DNA from: Camelus ferus
Taxonomy: Eukaryota
Direction: 5' to 3'
Assembly (NCBI RefSeq): GCF_009834535.1
Contig: NC_045697.1
Span: 9,116,001 to 9,180,000, forward strand
Length of the DNA stretch: 64,000 bases
In this document: piece by piece, positions 1 to 12,475 of the stretch
Numbering within the stretch: position 1 is the stretch's first letter
Layout: every line of letters begins with the position of its first letter
Notes under the pieces: model-generated
Seen by the model: the letters and a program-made list of their open reading frames with translations, nothing else
The model's database searches: none
Told to the model about the DNA's origin: nothing
Made by a program: the position numbers and the translations under genes

Positions 1-629
1 TTCTGAGAAGTTCATTTTAGGTTCTCTTAGATTGGTCAACTCTGCCATAATAGACTTAAAATGGATATAAACACCCTGTGCACTCACACCTACTCCCAAT
101 CCAGCTGGTTATTTCTTCCCTAAGGCCCTATGCTCTCTCTTAGCTTTGAACTCTAAACACTCTGCTCCCACGTTTTAAACAAACTCATTCTGATCCATTC
201 TACCTCCATCACTTGATTAACTACCTGCATTGTTGGTCCCAGTTTACATTCTAATTCATCCATCACTTCCCCTACTGGCCCTAGCAGTGAGTCCAGTCTC
301 CCTCCCACCCATCACGTGAGTTCCAGGAGCTGCTGTACTTAGTGAAATAGGAGAAATGATAGCCTTGACCTGTGATTTTCTGGCCTCTTGCCTTGTTTTC
401 TCCAACCACCTATGAAAACCTTGAGGCAGAGACTGTGGCTTATTCATTGTGCTACCTCCATGCTCTCAGTAGAGCTTTATTACATAAGTGAAGGCATCCC
501 TGTCATATAGATGAGGACACTGGGAATCAGAAACTCTAAGTGAGCTTCTCATCTTCACATGGTTGTAAGAAGAATAAATCCATATTTAAGGCTCCAGAGT
601 TAGACTTTAGACTGTAATGTGCTATTCAT

Positions 630-1504
630 AGTTTGCTTATTTATTTGCTATGGACTAAATGTTTGTCTCCCTCAGATTCACTTTCTGAAACCTAATCCCC
701 ACTGTGATGGTATTTGGGGGTGGGACCTTTGGGAGGTGATTTGTGCTTTTGGAAATGAGGCCCCAGAGAGCTCTCTTGCCCTTTCTAGTATGTGAGTAAC
801 AGCAGGAAGGCAGCCTTCTATGAATCAGGAAGGAAGTGCCATCTGTGAACCAAATCTGCCAGCACCTTGATCTTGAACTTTCAGCTTCCAGAACAGTGAG
901 GAATCAATTTCTGTTTCTTATAAGCCACCCAGTTTATGATATTCTGTATTAGCAGCCAGAATGAACTCAGAAATTATTGTTGCATAATAAGCCATCACAA
1001 AATTTAGTGGCTTATAATGATTGTTTATTTTGCTTGCAATTTCGTAGGTCAAGCTGTTGGGAAGGACTGGGCTCGGTAGCTCATCTCTGCCCCACATGGC
1101 ACTAGCTGGGACAGTTAAGGCTGGAGAGTCCACTTCTAAAATGGTATCTCACTCTCATATCATATGCCTTGGTGCTCATTGGTGCCTCTCTTTTTCCCTG
1201 TGTCATCTCACCCCCCAGGGACTCTCCACGTGTGTTGGGCTTATCAAAGTAAAATAGTATCTCTTCTATTGCAGCTAGCTCTCAAGAGGTAGTACCAGAC
1301 CAATTAAAGGCTGTGCTTAGATCTGGCACAATGTCACTTCTGTTGTATTCTATTGATCAAAGCAGTCAAAGTCCTCATTCACATTCGAAGGGTTGGAGAA
1401 ATAAACTCTACCTTTTGATTTTGGGAAGGCAATGTTACCTTGCAGAATAACATGCTGGATGGGAATCAATGCAGTATCCAATTTGGAAAATAAAATCTAC
1501 TACG
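630..1504 (-). mobile_element. Old MaLR LTR (MLT1G/H-like), interrupted by an MLT1A insertion
   Basis: Typical antisense MLT1 text (ttgcataa...aaatttagtggctta...; end atccaatttggaaaataaaatctactac). It resumes after the 646-973 insertion. Confidence 0.65.
646..973 (+). mobile_element. MaLR solo LTR, MLT1A-like
   Basis: Starts tgctatggactaaatgtttgt; contains ccagcaccttgatcttgaactttcagcttccagaacagtgag and ataagccacccagt. Flanked by a 5-bp TSD ttatt (641-645 and 974-978). Confidence 0.85.
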
Positions 1505-1674
1505 AACCATCTAGGATCAGCTGAATGTATGAAGAGAAAAATTTCTTCCTTCCTTCATTCAATAAATTTTCTTCACACAGCTTTATTACAATGAGCACAT
1601 TACACAAGTGACCAAGGCATGCTTCTTGCTTTCAAGGGACAACATTCTGGCAGAAGAGGCAAGAAAATTGGCTT

Positions 1675-2230
1675 ATCTGTCAGGTTGCACCGTGTAACAA
1701 AACACCTCAAAATTTGGTAGCTTAAAAACAGCAGCTGTTTATTTGGCTTATGATTCTGTGAGTTGGTGATTTAGGCTGGGCTTTGCTGGATTGTTCATTT
1801 TACTTCAGTCCTGCTTACTCAGAAGTCAGTGGCCAGCTTTGGTTAGGTGGTTGGCTTAGTGACCTTGCCTGAGCTTCCTTATTTGTTCTGGGGTTGGCTA
1901 GTTGTAGGCTAGTCTAGAATAATCTTGACTGGGGCATCACAGCTCTTCACCATGTGATCTTTCATTCACCAACAGGATATACTTGTTTTCATAGTAGAAA
2001 TAGAAGCCTAAGAGAAAAAGAGAGGCTTGTGAGCCTTTTCAAGCATAGTCTTGGAACTGGCAAAAAGTCATTTCTGTTGCATTCTATCAGGTGGGCAAGT
2101 AACAAGGCCAGCCAAGATTCAAGAGGCAAGGAAGTAGATTCTAAGTTTTGTTGGGGAAAAGCTGCAAAGTCACACTGCGAAGGACAGGGCTCCAAAATGA
2201 CCATTATTTTTGACCACTATGCAGTCTACC
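1675..2230 (-). mobile_element. Old MaLR/ERVL-type LTR (MLT family)
   Basis: Contains gtaacaaaacacctcaaaatttggtagcttaaaaa and gcaagtaacaaggccagccaagattcaag, typical antisense MLT motifs. Confidence 0.6.
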
Positions 2231-2640
2231 TATGCCAATGCAGAGTAAGAAGTGTCGTGGGATATAGGGTGCAGAAGAAGGATATGCTATGAAACTGGGG
2301 CATTCAGAGGGTGTGGAAGGTGGGAAGAAGCACGAGGAGGGATCAGGAAAAGCTTCACTGAGCTGTGAATTCTGACGATGGGCTGGCTTCTGAGCCTGCA
2401 TGGAAAACAGAAGGGAATAACTATTCCATTACCCAAGTGGTCCTGCCATGAGTGTACAAAAGGTTCAAGATCTTTATCTCTTATTCCTGGTTAGGTGCCA
2501 GGGGGCAGTCAGACAAGTTACATGGCCTCACTGATATACCAGATAAGGAAATGAGAACCAGCAGGGATCCTGGAGATCAGTTCTGTCCATCTTTCTACTT
2601 CATAGATTTGAAGGCTGGGGGTAAGATAGGTTTGCCCCCA

Positions 2641-3029
2641 CGTACTAGCCTGCCAGGACTGCCACAGCAAAATACTGTAGACTGAGGAGCTTAAACAACA
2701 GAAATTTATGTTCTCTCAGTTCTCACATCTGGGAGCCCAAGATCAAAGTCCCAGCAGGTTTGGTTTCTTCTGAGACCCCTCTCCTTGGCTTGTATGGCTG
2801 CCTTCTTGCTGTGTTTTCATGCAGTCTTTCCTCTATGCTTGTCTGTGTCCTGATCCTCTCTTTTCATAAGGACATCAGTCAGATTGGATTAAGGCATCCC
2901 AAAGTACCTCATTTTAAATGAATTACTTCTCTAAAGCTCTCTCTCCAAATACAGTCACTTCTCAGATGGTGGGAGATTAGGGTTTCATCATACATATTTT
3001 CTGAGGGTCACAGTTCACCTCAAAATACA
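2641..3029 (-). mobile_element. MaLR solo LTR, MLT1B-like, inserted in a MIR remnant
   Basis: Contains gcttaaacaacagaaatttat, ataaggacatcagtcagattggattaag and tctccaaatacagtcac, with MIR-like sequence on both sides. Confidence 0.8.
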
Positions 3030-5747
3030 TCACATAATCAGAGTTGAATCCAGAAGCTCACACTCTTCTCCATGAAGCATGTAGCCTCTTGGCTTTTAGC
3101 AGAAAATTGCTTCTTTCTGCTTCCCAGATGACTGTCATTCCTAAAAAGGATGTTTGCATCTAGTCATGTCCCTCACCATGTATTCTGCTGTCTCCTTCCT
3201 TGGAGACTCCACCAAAGTCAATAAAAAGACAAAGGAAACTCAGACAGAGCCCAGAGGTAACAAACGAACTGGTACACAAACAGACTTGTTAGCTGTTGGC
3301 ACATGTGAGGGATATTATCTTTAAATTAGATGGGAAAAATTAATATTGCTTGCTTGTTATGCTCACCCTTATTGTCTGCTGTGAGAATCAGCAGGGCCAT
3401 AGCCACTGTAGATAATATTTTTTAATTAAAAGGAAAATAACTTCTCATGATTAATCTGCTTCTTCGGGGACTTGATCCAGAATCTCATAAATCTGAAATG
3501 GAGGCATCTGCTGGTTTCCTGACAGACTCCCTCCCCCTCTGCCAGCCCAGGAGGAGGGTAGAAGAAAACAGTGCCAGAACAAGACAAACCCCAGTCAGGG
3601 CAGATCTAGGCCATGAGATGAGAGGCCAGACTCTAAGATGACATGGGATCTCCGCTGAGGCAGACTTCTGGCAAGAAAGTCTTCCCCCATATTGTTCAAG
3701 ACAGGAGGCATTGGTAGCTGTAGGTCTTGGGTAAAGGTCATGGGTCTGTCACTTATCTGAGACCCTAAGAGAATGTTTTAGACTCAGTTTCCTCAACTTT
3801 AAAATGGGTCTAGATAAACATCTATCTCAAAGAGAGCATTTATCTAAAAGATGCTCTGGAGCCAGATTGCCTGGTTTTGAATTTGGCAATTTTTACTTTC
3901 TTGTAACCCTAAGCCAGTCATTCAAACACTCTGTGCTTCTGTTTCATTCTCTGAAATAGGGATGATGAGAGGGCCTGTCTCATAGGACTGCTGTGAAAAC
4001 TAAATAAATTTAGCACATCAAGTGCTGGAGCGTGCTGTAGTAAATATCAAATAAACACCTGTTCTTACAAAGCCAGTGTTAGGACACACGATGTCTTCTG
4101 TGGTTGTTCCAAGTAAAATGGATCTTAGTGGTGGAATGATTCAGTCTCCATTTTTAAAGATGGAGAAATGGAGGTTCAGGAAGGTGAAAGGACTTCCCCA
4201 AATCACAGAGGAAGTTATGGCAAAGCTGCGTTCAGGATGCCGGTTTTGATCCCAGAGCCAGACGTTTGTACCAAAGTGTGTGGTTTTGGAATTCCTTGCC
4301 TGGTTTTAGTCCTCTAACAACCTGGAAAGAAGTTCACTTATAGCAGCATAGCTAACTCCAAACAGTATTGCAAGAGGGCCGAGGGTTGTGGGGTGCCGAC
4401 ACCTCTCTGTCTGCCAAGCACCAGGCTGCACTCTACATCCATTGACTCATTTCATCCTCCTGACAGCCCACAAGACAGCTCCGTTTGACGGATGAGGACA
4501 CCGAGTCTCAGGAGAGCTATGTAACTGGCCCAAATGCACAATTCTACAGCAGTGCAGCTGGCAACTCAAACAAGGTTCAGTCTAACCCTAAAACATTGTG
4601 ATTCTGCAGAAAAGACGGTCCTGTTCTGCACTATGCGTGCACTTCCCTTTTCTCCCTCCCTCCTGTAGACCTCCGCATCTACTGCAGTTTCAGCCTCATC
4701 TTCATGTAGGGAAGGATCAGAAGCTTATTTTTACTAAGGGGACAATGACTGATGAACATTTCAAATATTGATTCTTCCCCCTTCCCGTTTAGCCCTCCAA
4801 CACACTCATACGCAGTAAGGTCACGTGCCATTGAACACAGGCCAGAAGACAGGTCGTTGTCTCATTTGTGTTGTAGGCTGTAAAGTACAGTTCAAACTCA
4901 GGCAGTTATTATAACCTCCAGGCACCTGTGTGAGGTAGGCCAGGCAGAGTCATGGTCTCATTTTGCAGATGACAAAACTGAAGCCCACAGAGATGAATCC
5001 AGGCATGTATTACATGTCAGGCACTATTTACACAAATTGATGAAATCTTGGGTGTTCCTTCCTATCCTGGTGCATTTTCCATGTTTGGGACAATTGAGAG
5101 CTCCTTTGCCTCACAATTTTGGATTACTGACAGAAAGGAAGCCGGGATTAGACCAGACCATGTTTGAATTGTTCATAAATTGGTTTCTGATTCCCTTATG
5201 ACTTTCATGAAGCAGAAGTTTTATCAGTCATATCAAAGCCCCTGAGCTACCCTCAAAGCAAGTGATGGGATACAGCATCCACTGACTGATGGTGAACTTG
5301 CCTCCCAGCCATGGGAGGAAGCCATGTCTGAGCATTCTGATTAATGCCGGACACCAGCCTGGATAATGATGTCATTCAAAGATAACATTTCCCCCTTTTT
5401 CCTTTGAACATAGAGCTAGAGGATTGCATAGCTGATGGAACGCTTAGAGAATATTTAAGCAAATGATCATGGTACCTACGAGGAATCAAGCACAGAAAGG
5501 TTAAGGGATATCCCCAAGATGATAAGCTTGTTATGTCTAAACATCAACAAGACAAGTCAAGAGGACAGGTGTGTAGATGATCAAGGAGGACAAACCCATT
5601 CGAGAGCAGAAGGACCTTCCAAACAGGTACTGAGCTATTCCTCAGTGTGACAGGTGATTTCAGGAGCAATGAGGTCTTTTAAAACAATGACTGAGGACTA
5701 TGTCAGGGGGGCAATAAGGTGACTCATGTGTCTGGCTAGGGGATTGC

Positions 5748-5749
<2 letters not shown>

Positions 5750-5784
<35 letters not shown>
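5750..5784. repeat. (TG)n microsatellite
   Basis: Perfect TG run. Confidence 0.97.
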
Positions 5785-5787
<3 letters not shown>

Positions 5788-6426
5788 AGTGTTGCGAATG
5801 AAGGCTGAATTGAAATTAATGGCCCATTGTGGATCTTTTCTGCCTTTATCTTCATATTTGAGTAGTGCTATATTATTAGCAAAGACTTTTCATACACATT
5901 GATCAGTGTGATCTTACTCTAAGGTTGAAGCAGATGTAAACCTTACTCTAAGGTCTTTACAGAGGACCTAGGTGACTTTCCCACTGTCTTTCTTACTCTC
6001 ACAGTAGGAGGCATTTGGACTTACATCTTGGTTGCCTGATTCTAATCCTGCCCCCTGCCCTCAATAGATCCATCTCCCCATCTATTAGCTGCTTGGTACT
6101 CGAATACTGTTTAAGTTTTATGCAAGCATTACAGTTTTTGTTCGGTTGTAATTTTTGCTCTCAGTGTGTATATGCGTGAAGAGTGTGTGTGGACTTAATC
6201 GACCACTGGTTCACATTTCTAAGCTGTGCTATTTGTGTTCTGTGTCCTTGAGCAAGTTACTCACTATGGCTGTGTTGCTGTTGCTGCCTCATCTCTCTAA
6301 AATGTGGAGAACCAAGAGTGGTCCGTCATTTGAGTACCTGGAACAATTCCAGGCCCCAGTGTTTATCTGTACAGTGAGTCTTCACAATCTCTACCCAATG
6401 TACAGGAAACCTCTGCAATGCACTCT

Positions 6427-6430
<4 letters not shown>

Positions 6431-6466
<36 letters not shown>
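6431..6466. repeat. (CA)18 microsatellite
   Basis: Perfect CA run. Confidence 0.97.
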
Positions 6467-6467
<1 letters not shown>

Positions 6468-8111
6468 TTAAACCGCTTTATTTCTATCTTTCTCACTGTA
6501 AGGTAAGCGCCCAGAGGGCAAGGATTTTGTCTATCTTGTTTACTGACATATCCTAAGGACTTCGAGCAATGCTTGGCCCATACTGGGAGGTCGCCATCTA
6601 TTCTGTGAATGAGTGAATGAATAAATGAAATGCACCACCCCCTGAAGTCTTCCTCAGGTTGGCTCCCCTGCACTTACTGTTGGGGAATTGATCAGTTTAC
6701 AATCAGTCTCATTTACGAATCCCACCGAAATTTGAAACCCCTTGCTTTTACTTTGAATCCCTAGGAACCAGCAGCTTGTCAGGCACTCAATACACATCCG
6801 GAAAATGCCTGTGCATATAATTAATATTCCAACAATACTGTTTATTATACTATGCTGTTATTTTCATAAGGGCTCACATGAGAAATCTCTTTCAGAATTT
6901 AGCAGCAGGATAAAAAATGTGATTTTATCCCATAAGGAATTTATCTATTTCTATTTTTCCTATAAAGAGGACTATGTTAGATTTTCTTTTGTGTCCTGGC
7001 TGTGGGGAATTGCAAAGCCAAATCTGACACATAATTAAGGCAATGTTACTAACACTTGAGGTTTAAATGTTTCTCTTCCCCATCTTTCTTTAGTCTTCAG
7101 TTTGTTTTTTCTATGTTTAGAATATATGTAGGATTTTTCTCAATTTTTAAAGTCACTTCCAATATATTTCAGAAAGAAGTAAGAAATAAGTAAAATGTAT
7201 AAATTAAAAAGTGGGACTACATCTGCTTAGCAGACATTGAGTAGTAAGGGTGATGGGGAGAAGGGAAGACGGATGAGGGTGCAGTCTGGAGAGCTTTCAG
7301 GAAGAAATGAGGCAGGTCTGCTTGGGGCCCCCCTGTGCACTATAACATACAGAGCTGAAGAACATGCAGAACATTATGGTGAGCTATGGAGAAGGACGGG
7401 CAGGCACTGGGGAGATTTCTATCCATCAAATCACTCAGAATTTATACTCTGAAACATACTTGGAAATTGAATGCAAATTAAGGCCAAACATCCTGCTCAG
7501 AAAACAGAGTCTATTGAAAAATAGGGTTGTGTTTCAAACTTCCCAGGGTTTTGTTGTTATTATTGCTTAATACTGCAATTTTTTCCCCCTTAGAGTCATA
7601 GAATTTTACTGCCAGATGGGGATCTAACCCAGGGATTCTGTACATGGATTCCATGGGTAGCCACAGGATTGATATATGGGCTTTGTGAAATCTGTCCCCC
7701 AGTGATACTGCATGCAAAATGTGCACTATCCTTGAGTCTAGAGTCTTCCCTGGCTTCTCAAACAGGTCTGTGGTACCGTCCTTCCCCCCGTCTCAACCTC
7801 CCTTTGATAAAAGTGTTGACTGGCACTGAGTATATTCTTTCTTGCTTAGATGTGAGGAAGATGAAGCCCAAAGAAGTGACTTTCCCAAGGTCACCCCCAC
7901 GTTGATGTCATAGCTGTGCCCTGAGAGCAGAGCTATCTCCTGGCCCCAGTACTATGTTTGTTACTATTAAAGTGCAATGCTATCTGACATTCAGAGAGCT
8001 GGCGTCATCTCTGACGAGGGGACTTTGCCCCTCTGCACACACCCGGATATCTAAGGTGATCAGGCCTTTCCCTCAGCCTCTCAACAGCTCAGAGGACCTC
8101 TGGCACTCAGA

Positions 8112-8472
8112 ATGATCTCAGCTTGAGCTTCTGCAACAAATATTTCATAGAATGCATGAGTTATAAACAACAGAAATTTACTTCCTACAGTTCTGGAGGC
8201 TGGAAGTCTGAGATCAGGGCGTCAGCACATGCAGGCTCTGGAGAAAGCCTTCTTCTGGGTTGCAGACTACCAACTTTTCATTGTATCCTCACATGGTGGA
8301 GAGCAGAGAGAGCCCTCTGGGGTCCCTATTTTAAGGGCCTTAATCCCATTCATGAGAGCTTTGCTCTCATGAGCTGGTTACCTACCAAAGTCCCCATCTC
8401 CTGATACTATCACGTTGCAGATTAGGATTCCAACATATGAATTTTGGGGGGACACAAATACCTAGCCAATAG
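8112..8472 (-). mobile_element. MaLR solo LTR, MLT1A0-like
   Basis: Contains ttataaacaacagaaatttacttcctacagttctggaggctggaagtctgagatcaggg and caacatatgaattttggggggacacaaa. Confidence 0.85.
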
Positions 8473-10562
8473 GAAGAACCTTCTTTGGAAATACCTTTGT
8501 TGCAGGTGTTTGGGGACTTTTCTGCCTTGCAGAGAAGCAAACGTCTTTTGCACGCACAGAGCATTTGGGAAGCAAAATGCTTTCCCTCTCTACTTCCAAA
8601 GCCCGTGTTTCTTGCATAAGAAACGGGCTTCCCAAGGAGGCAAGGGAAAGCTAGACTCTCAGCACCTGTGATGGTTGGGGTGCACTGGCTGAAAAAAAGA
8701 TGTATTGTGCTATTACAGCCAGATTTTGGACACGTTCAACAGAGGTAAATATTCACAGTAAATTTTTGTCTAAAAGAGAGACGTACTTTCTTACAGCTCA
8801 CTGTTTCACGAGGAGGAAGAGAACAAGGTCTCTGTCCAAGTTGCATTTGGGTAGCCAATTTCCACTTTCTCAGATGAGGCTGAGCCAAGGATCAGAAGAG
8901 ATGATAGTCAGATGAAAGGTAAATTGAAGCAGGGAGCATCTCTAAAATCCCTATAAACTGTCTATGGAGGCAAAATGCAGGCAGAGAGTTATACGTCCTC
9001 TTCTGTCTTTTTAGCATAATTCCATGGTTGGCAAAATCCAAAGATCTTAATTTGAATTTAATTTGTATGCTTACCTTGTGGAATGATAAACTATCTTGAG
9101 TTATTCTTGAGATTTGATTTGTATTTATGCCCCTGAGACAACAGATATGACAAATGAAAAGGGATTTGGGACTATTGTCAAGTTATTTGTGTGTCAAATC
9201 CCTGTGTTTTTGGGCTGGGGGTGTTGGGGTGTGAACTTGGGAACGATGAGCTCAGTTCAACTTTGGCTGAGATTCTACTTTGTTTAAGGGCCTCTCCTGA
9301 GCACCAGGGTTTTAAGGATGACTTGCACAGCTTCTTCTCTGGAGAAGCTCATGATTTTGTGGGGACGATGGACACACAGAAGGGAAATACCATGCAATCT
9401 AGTGACTGCAACGATAAAGACCTGAATAGGGAATTATGGCCAAAGAGGGGAATTAACCAAATCTGGGAGGGACCAGGGAAGTTTCCTTGGGAAATGGTGA
9501 CAAACTGAGCCTAAAGGATGATAGGTAGGTAGACAAAAGCATTATAGGCAGAGCTGGCAGGGGAAGCACAGAGATGAGAAACTATAAGTTGGGGGCAATG
9601 ACTCCAAGCAGGTTTGTGCTGCGGCGGGGTGGGGGGCAGGTGTGTGAGGCAGGAAAGGGGAGGAGCTGAGGACATGATGGAGAGTAATAGTACTCACCTC
9701 CTCCAGTAACATGGGAAGTGAACACCACTGAGCTTGGGGGTGATGTGGAGAGGTTTGAGTTGCAAACAGATTACTCTGCCTGATGGGTTGGAAGGGGTAC
9801 GACTGTAGACAGAGATCAGTTGGAAGTCACTGAGAGCTGCAGGTCTTAACGAGAGTCAGGGGTCACTAGAATGGAGAAGTTGACATATGTTCCTAGAGTA
9901 ATATCAGCTTATCTTGAGCTGGAGGAGCTATTTCCTGCTCCAAGATAGGAAAAAGGAACTGAGGGAAAAAGACAAAAAGACTGATTCTCTAATGCAACTC
10001 TAAGGCCCTCTGTGTGAGGTATTTAACAGACTCCAAAGGGCTATTCTCTTGGTGTGACATTGCTGAGACAACTAGATGGACTGGCTGGTCCCTGGAAGAA
10101 CTGATTTTTTTTTTTTTCTTTCCAGAAGAAGAGCATAGCCACAGAAAATGCATACTCAAAAGGCCCTTCTCCTGCAGAGCCCTCTGAGAGATTAGGCCTG
10201 CAGGAGCTTCTACAGGGAGGCATAGGGACAGCAGGGAGAGAACAGCAAATGGGGCCTGTGGCTGCTTCCCAGGGAAAAAACTGCCTAGAGGGAAGGTACA
10301 GTGCCAAGGATGGAGGATAGAACCCACTGTTGGGTGCGCCATCCACTGGACCAGTGTGCTGTCCAATCCAGCACAGGTTACTGAATGTCCTTTACATTTG
10401 GTGCCGTATCAATTCCTTCATCTAAAAACCACACCCTGAGAACTGCTTGGTGCCAGGCCCTAAGATAAAGGGGTCCGTACAGAGACAAAAGGCACAGACT
10501 TTGGCCTTAAGGAGCTGAGAATCTGCCTTGAATTTTAACCTGGATTTCATATTCCAGTAAAA

Positions 10563-11010
10563 GGTATATTAGTTAAGGTAGTACTAGCTGTTGTTAAGAA
10601 CAGCAACAGAAAAACAGGTCGTAGCGGTTGAACATGATAAAATTTACTTCTGACTCATAGATCAATGTAATGTGGGTATCCCAGGCCGATGGGTGGCTTT
10701 CTGTGTAGTGACTGAGAGCACCAGGGTCTTCCCATCTTGTTGCTCCACACACACCCCCCCCCATTGGTCATGGAGACCTCCACATTCAACTAGAAGACAG
10801 AGAGAAAGAGTGGGGAAGGTACAGCCCGTCTCCAGATCCTTGTCCTGGGAGTGACACATGTTACCCTGTTCATTGGTGAGAATTGGTCCAGTGGCCCCAG
10901 ATGCTATAAAAAGAGCTGTGCTGAGCAGCTGCTTTCCAGCAACAGCATCAAACTATGGGAGGGAAAACGTGAGCCCTCCAAGTGAAAGCTAGCCATCTCA
11001 GCCAGAAATG
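10563..11010 (-). mobile_element. Old MaLR LTR (MLT1J-like)
   Basis: Degenerate MLT1J-type start (gtatattagttaaggtagtactagctg) and end (gctagccatctcagcca). Confidence 0.55.
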
Positions 11011-11402
11011 CATAGTGAACTGGGCTTGAGGGGGGAGGGCTAGAAAACAAGAGTTCTTTTTAGGTTTCCTTTACCCCATTTCAAAGGGGGCAATGGTAAC
11101 CTTTTCTTTAAACTCTTGGGTTGCAATAAACATGAAAGAAAATAATGCTGGGATAACTCTCTGAGAGTTAACTCTTTGTGGCAGAGGATTATCAGGAAAT
11201 TACCCTGTAATAGGTGAGGCTTGAGTTATGTTGTATCTTGGTCCCTTGAGTTACCTAACAGTACCCTAGGATCAACGTGTTCTCCCAAGTAGAGAATTCT
11301 TATTTCTTCAACAAGCACCTACTGAGTACCTTCAATGGCTCAGGGCCTGTGGGTACAAAAAGTGGCTAAGACAAGGTCTGCACTCCAAGGAAGCTTACTG
11401 AT

Positions 11403-11534
11403 CAGTGGGGGGTTTAGCAATCCAGACTGCCTGTGGCCCCTTCTGCACAACAGAAGTGCAGTAGAGAAGTTCCAGCAGAGAGTTCATGGCTGCATAATCT
11501 GGCTATTGACAGAAAAAAAGTTTGCCAACCACTG
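11403..11534. mobile_element. hAT-Charlie MITE, MER58-like
   Basis: Inverted termini cagtgg...ccactg and the characteristic acagaaaaaaagtttgccaacc end. Confidence 0.6.
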
Positions 11535-11619
11535 GCCTAGTGGAAGGTGGATCATTGTGGAATAGCTTGGGGTGCCCTACCAAACCTTTCCTGTCCTTTC
11601 CTTTCCTTCCTTTCCTTTC

Positions 11620-12080
11620 CGTAAACCCTTACTCAATTTAATTTCTCATTTCCACAACCACCACTTTTTTTTAAAATCTTCCTTCCCCTCTGGCAACCAC
11701 TTGTTTGTTCACTGTATTTATGACTCTGCTTCTGTTTTGTTATATTTGTTCATTTGTTTTGGTTTTTTTTTAGACTCTACATATAAGTGAAATCGTATGG
11801 TATTTGTCTTTCTCTGTCTGACTTACCTCACTTGGCTCAATACCCTCTAGGTTCACCCATGTTGATACGAATGGCAAGATCCCATTCTTTTCTTGTGGTT
11901 GAGTAATATTCCACTGTGTGTGTGTGTGTGTGTGTGTATCTCATATCGTCTTTATGCATTCATCTATTACTGGATACTATGGTTGCGTCCACAGCTTGGC
12001 TATTATATATAATTCTACAGTGAACATAGTGGTGCAAATATGTTTCTGAATTAGTGTTTCTGTTTTCTTTGGAACAACCA
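11620..12080 (-). mobile_element. LINE-1 3' fragment (L1MA-like) with an internal TG run
   Basis: cccctctggcaaccac...atataagtgaaatcgtatggtatttgtctttctctgtctgactta is L1 3' UTR/ORF2-end sequence in antisense. Confidence 0.85.
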
Positions 12081-12244
12081 CCACTTTTGAGTAGCTTTCT
12101 TTGATTCTCCCTCTCACAGATTAATTCAAGCCTCATAGACCTGAATGCCTTTCTTTCATAATACAGATCACAGGCGATATAATGGTTTATTTTCTTGGTG
12201 GCTATTAGGTCAGTGTCTGCCTCCCCCACTAGTGTAGCCCTGAC

Positions 12245-12475
12245 TGCGTGCCTGGCACTGCTCTAAGCACCTGACACTTACTAGCTCATTCAGTCCTCTC
12301 AACAACCCCAGCAAGTAGGTACCATTATTATCTCTGTTTTACTGATGAGGACCTGACACCCAGGGAGGTTAAACATCCTGCCCAAAGTCATGGGAAATAC
12401 TGCTGTCCACAAGCATAGTCAGGAAATAAGTGATGGAGCCAAGATTTGAGCCTAAACACTCTGGCTCTAAGCCCA
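12245..12475 (-). mobile_element. MIR SINE
   Basis: MIR core: tgcctggcactgctctaagc...tttactgatgaggacctgacac...cctgcccaaagtca...gatttgagcc. Many other MIR and L2 fragments in the window are not listed individually. Confidence 0.8.

Noticed and set aside
5750..6466. (TG)n and (CA)n tracts as an inverted pair
   Set aside because: Common independent microsatellites; the flanks show no inverted homology.
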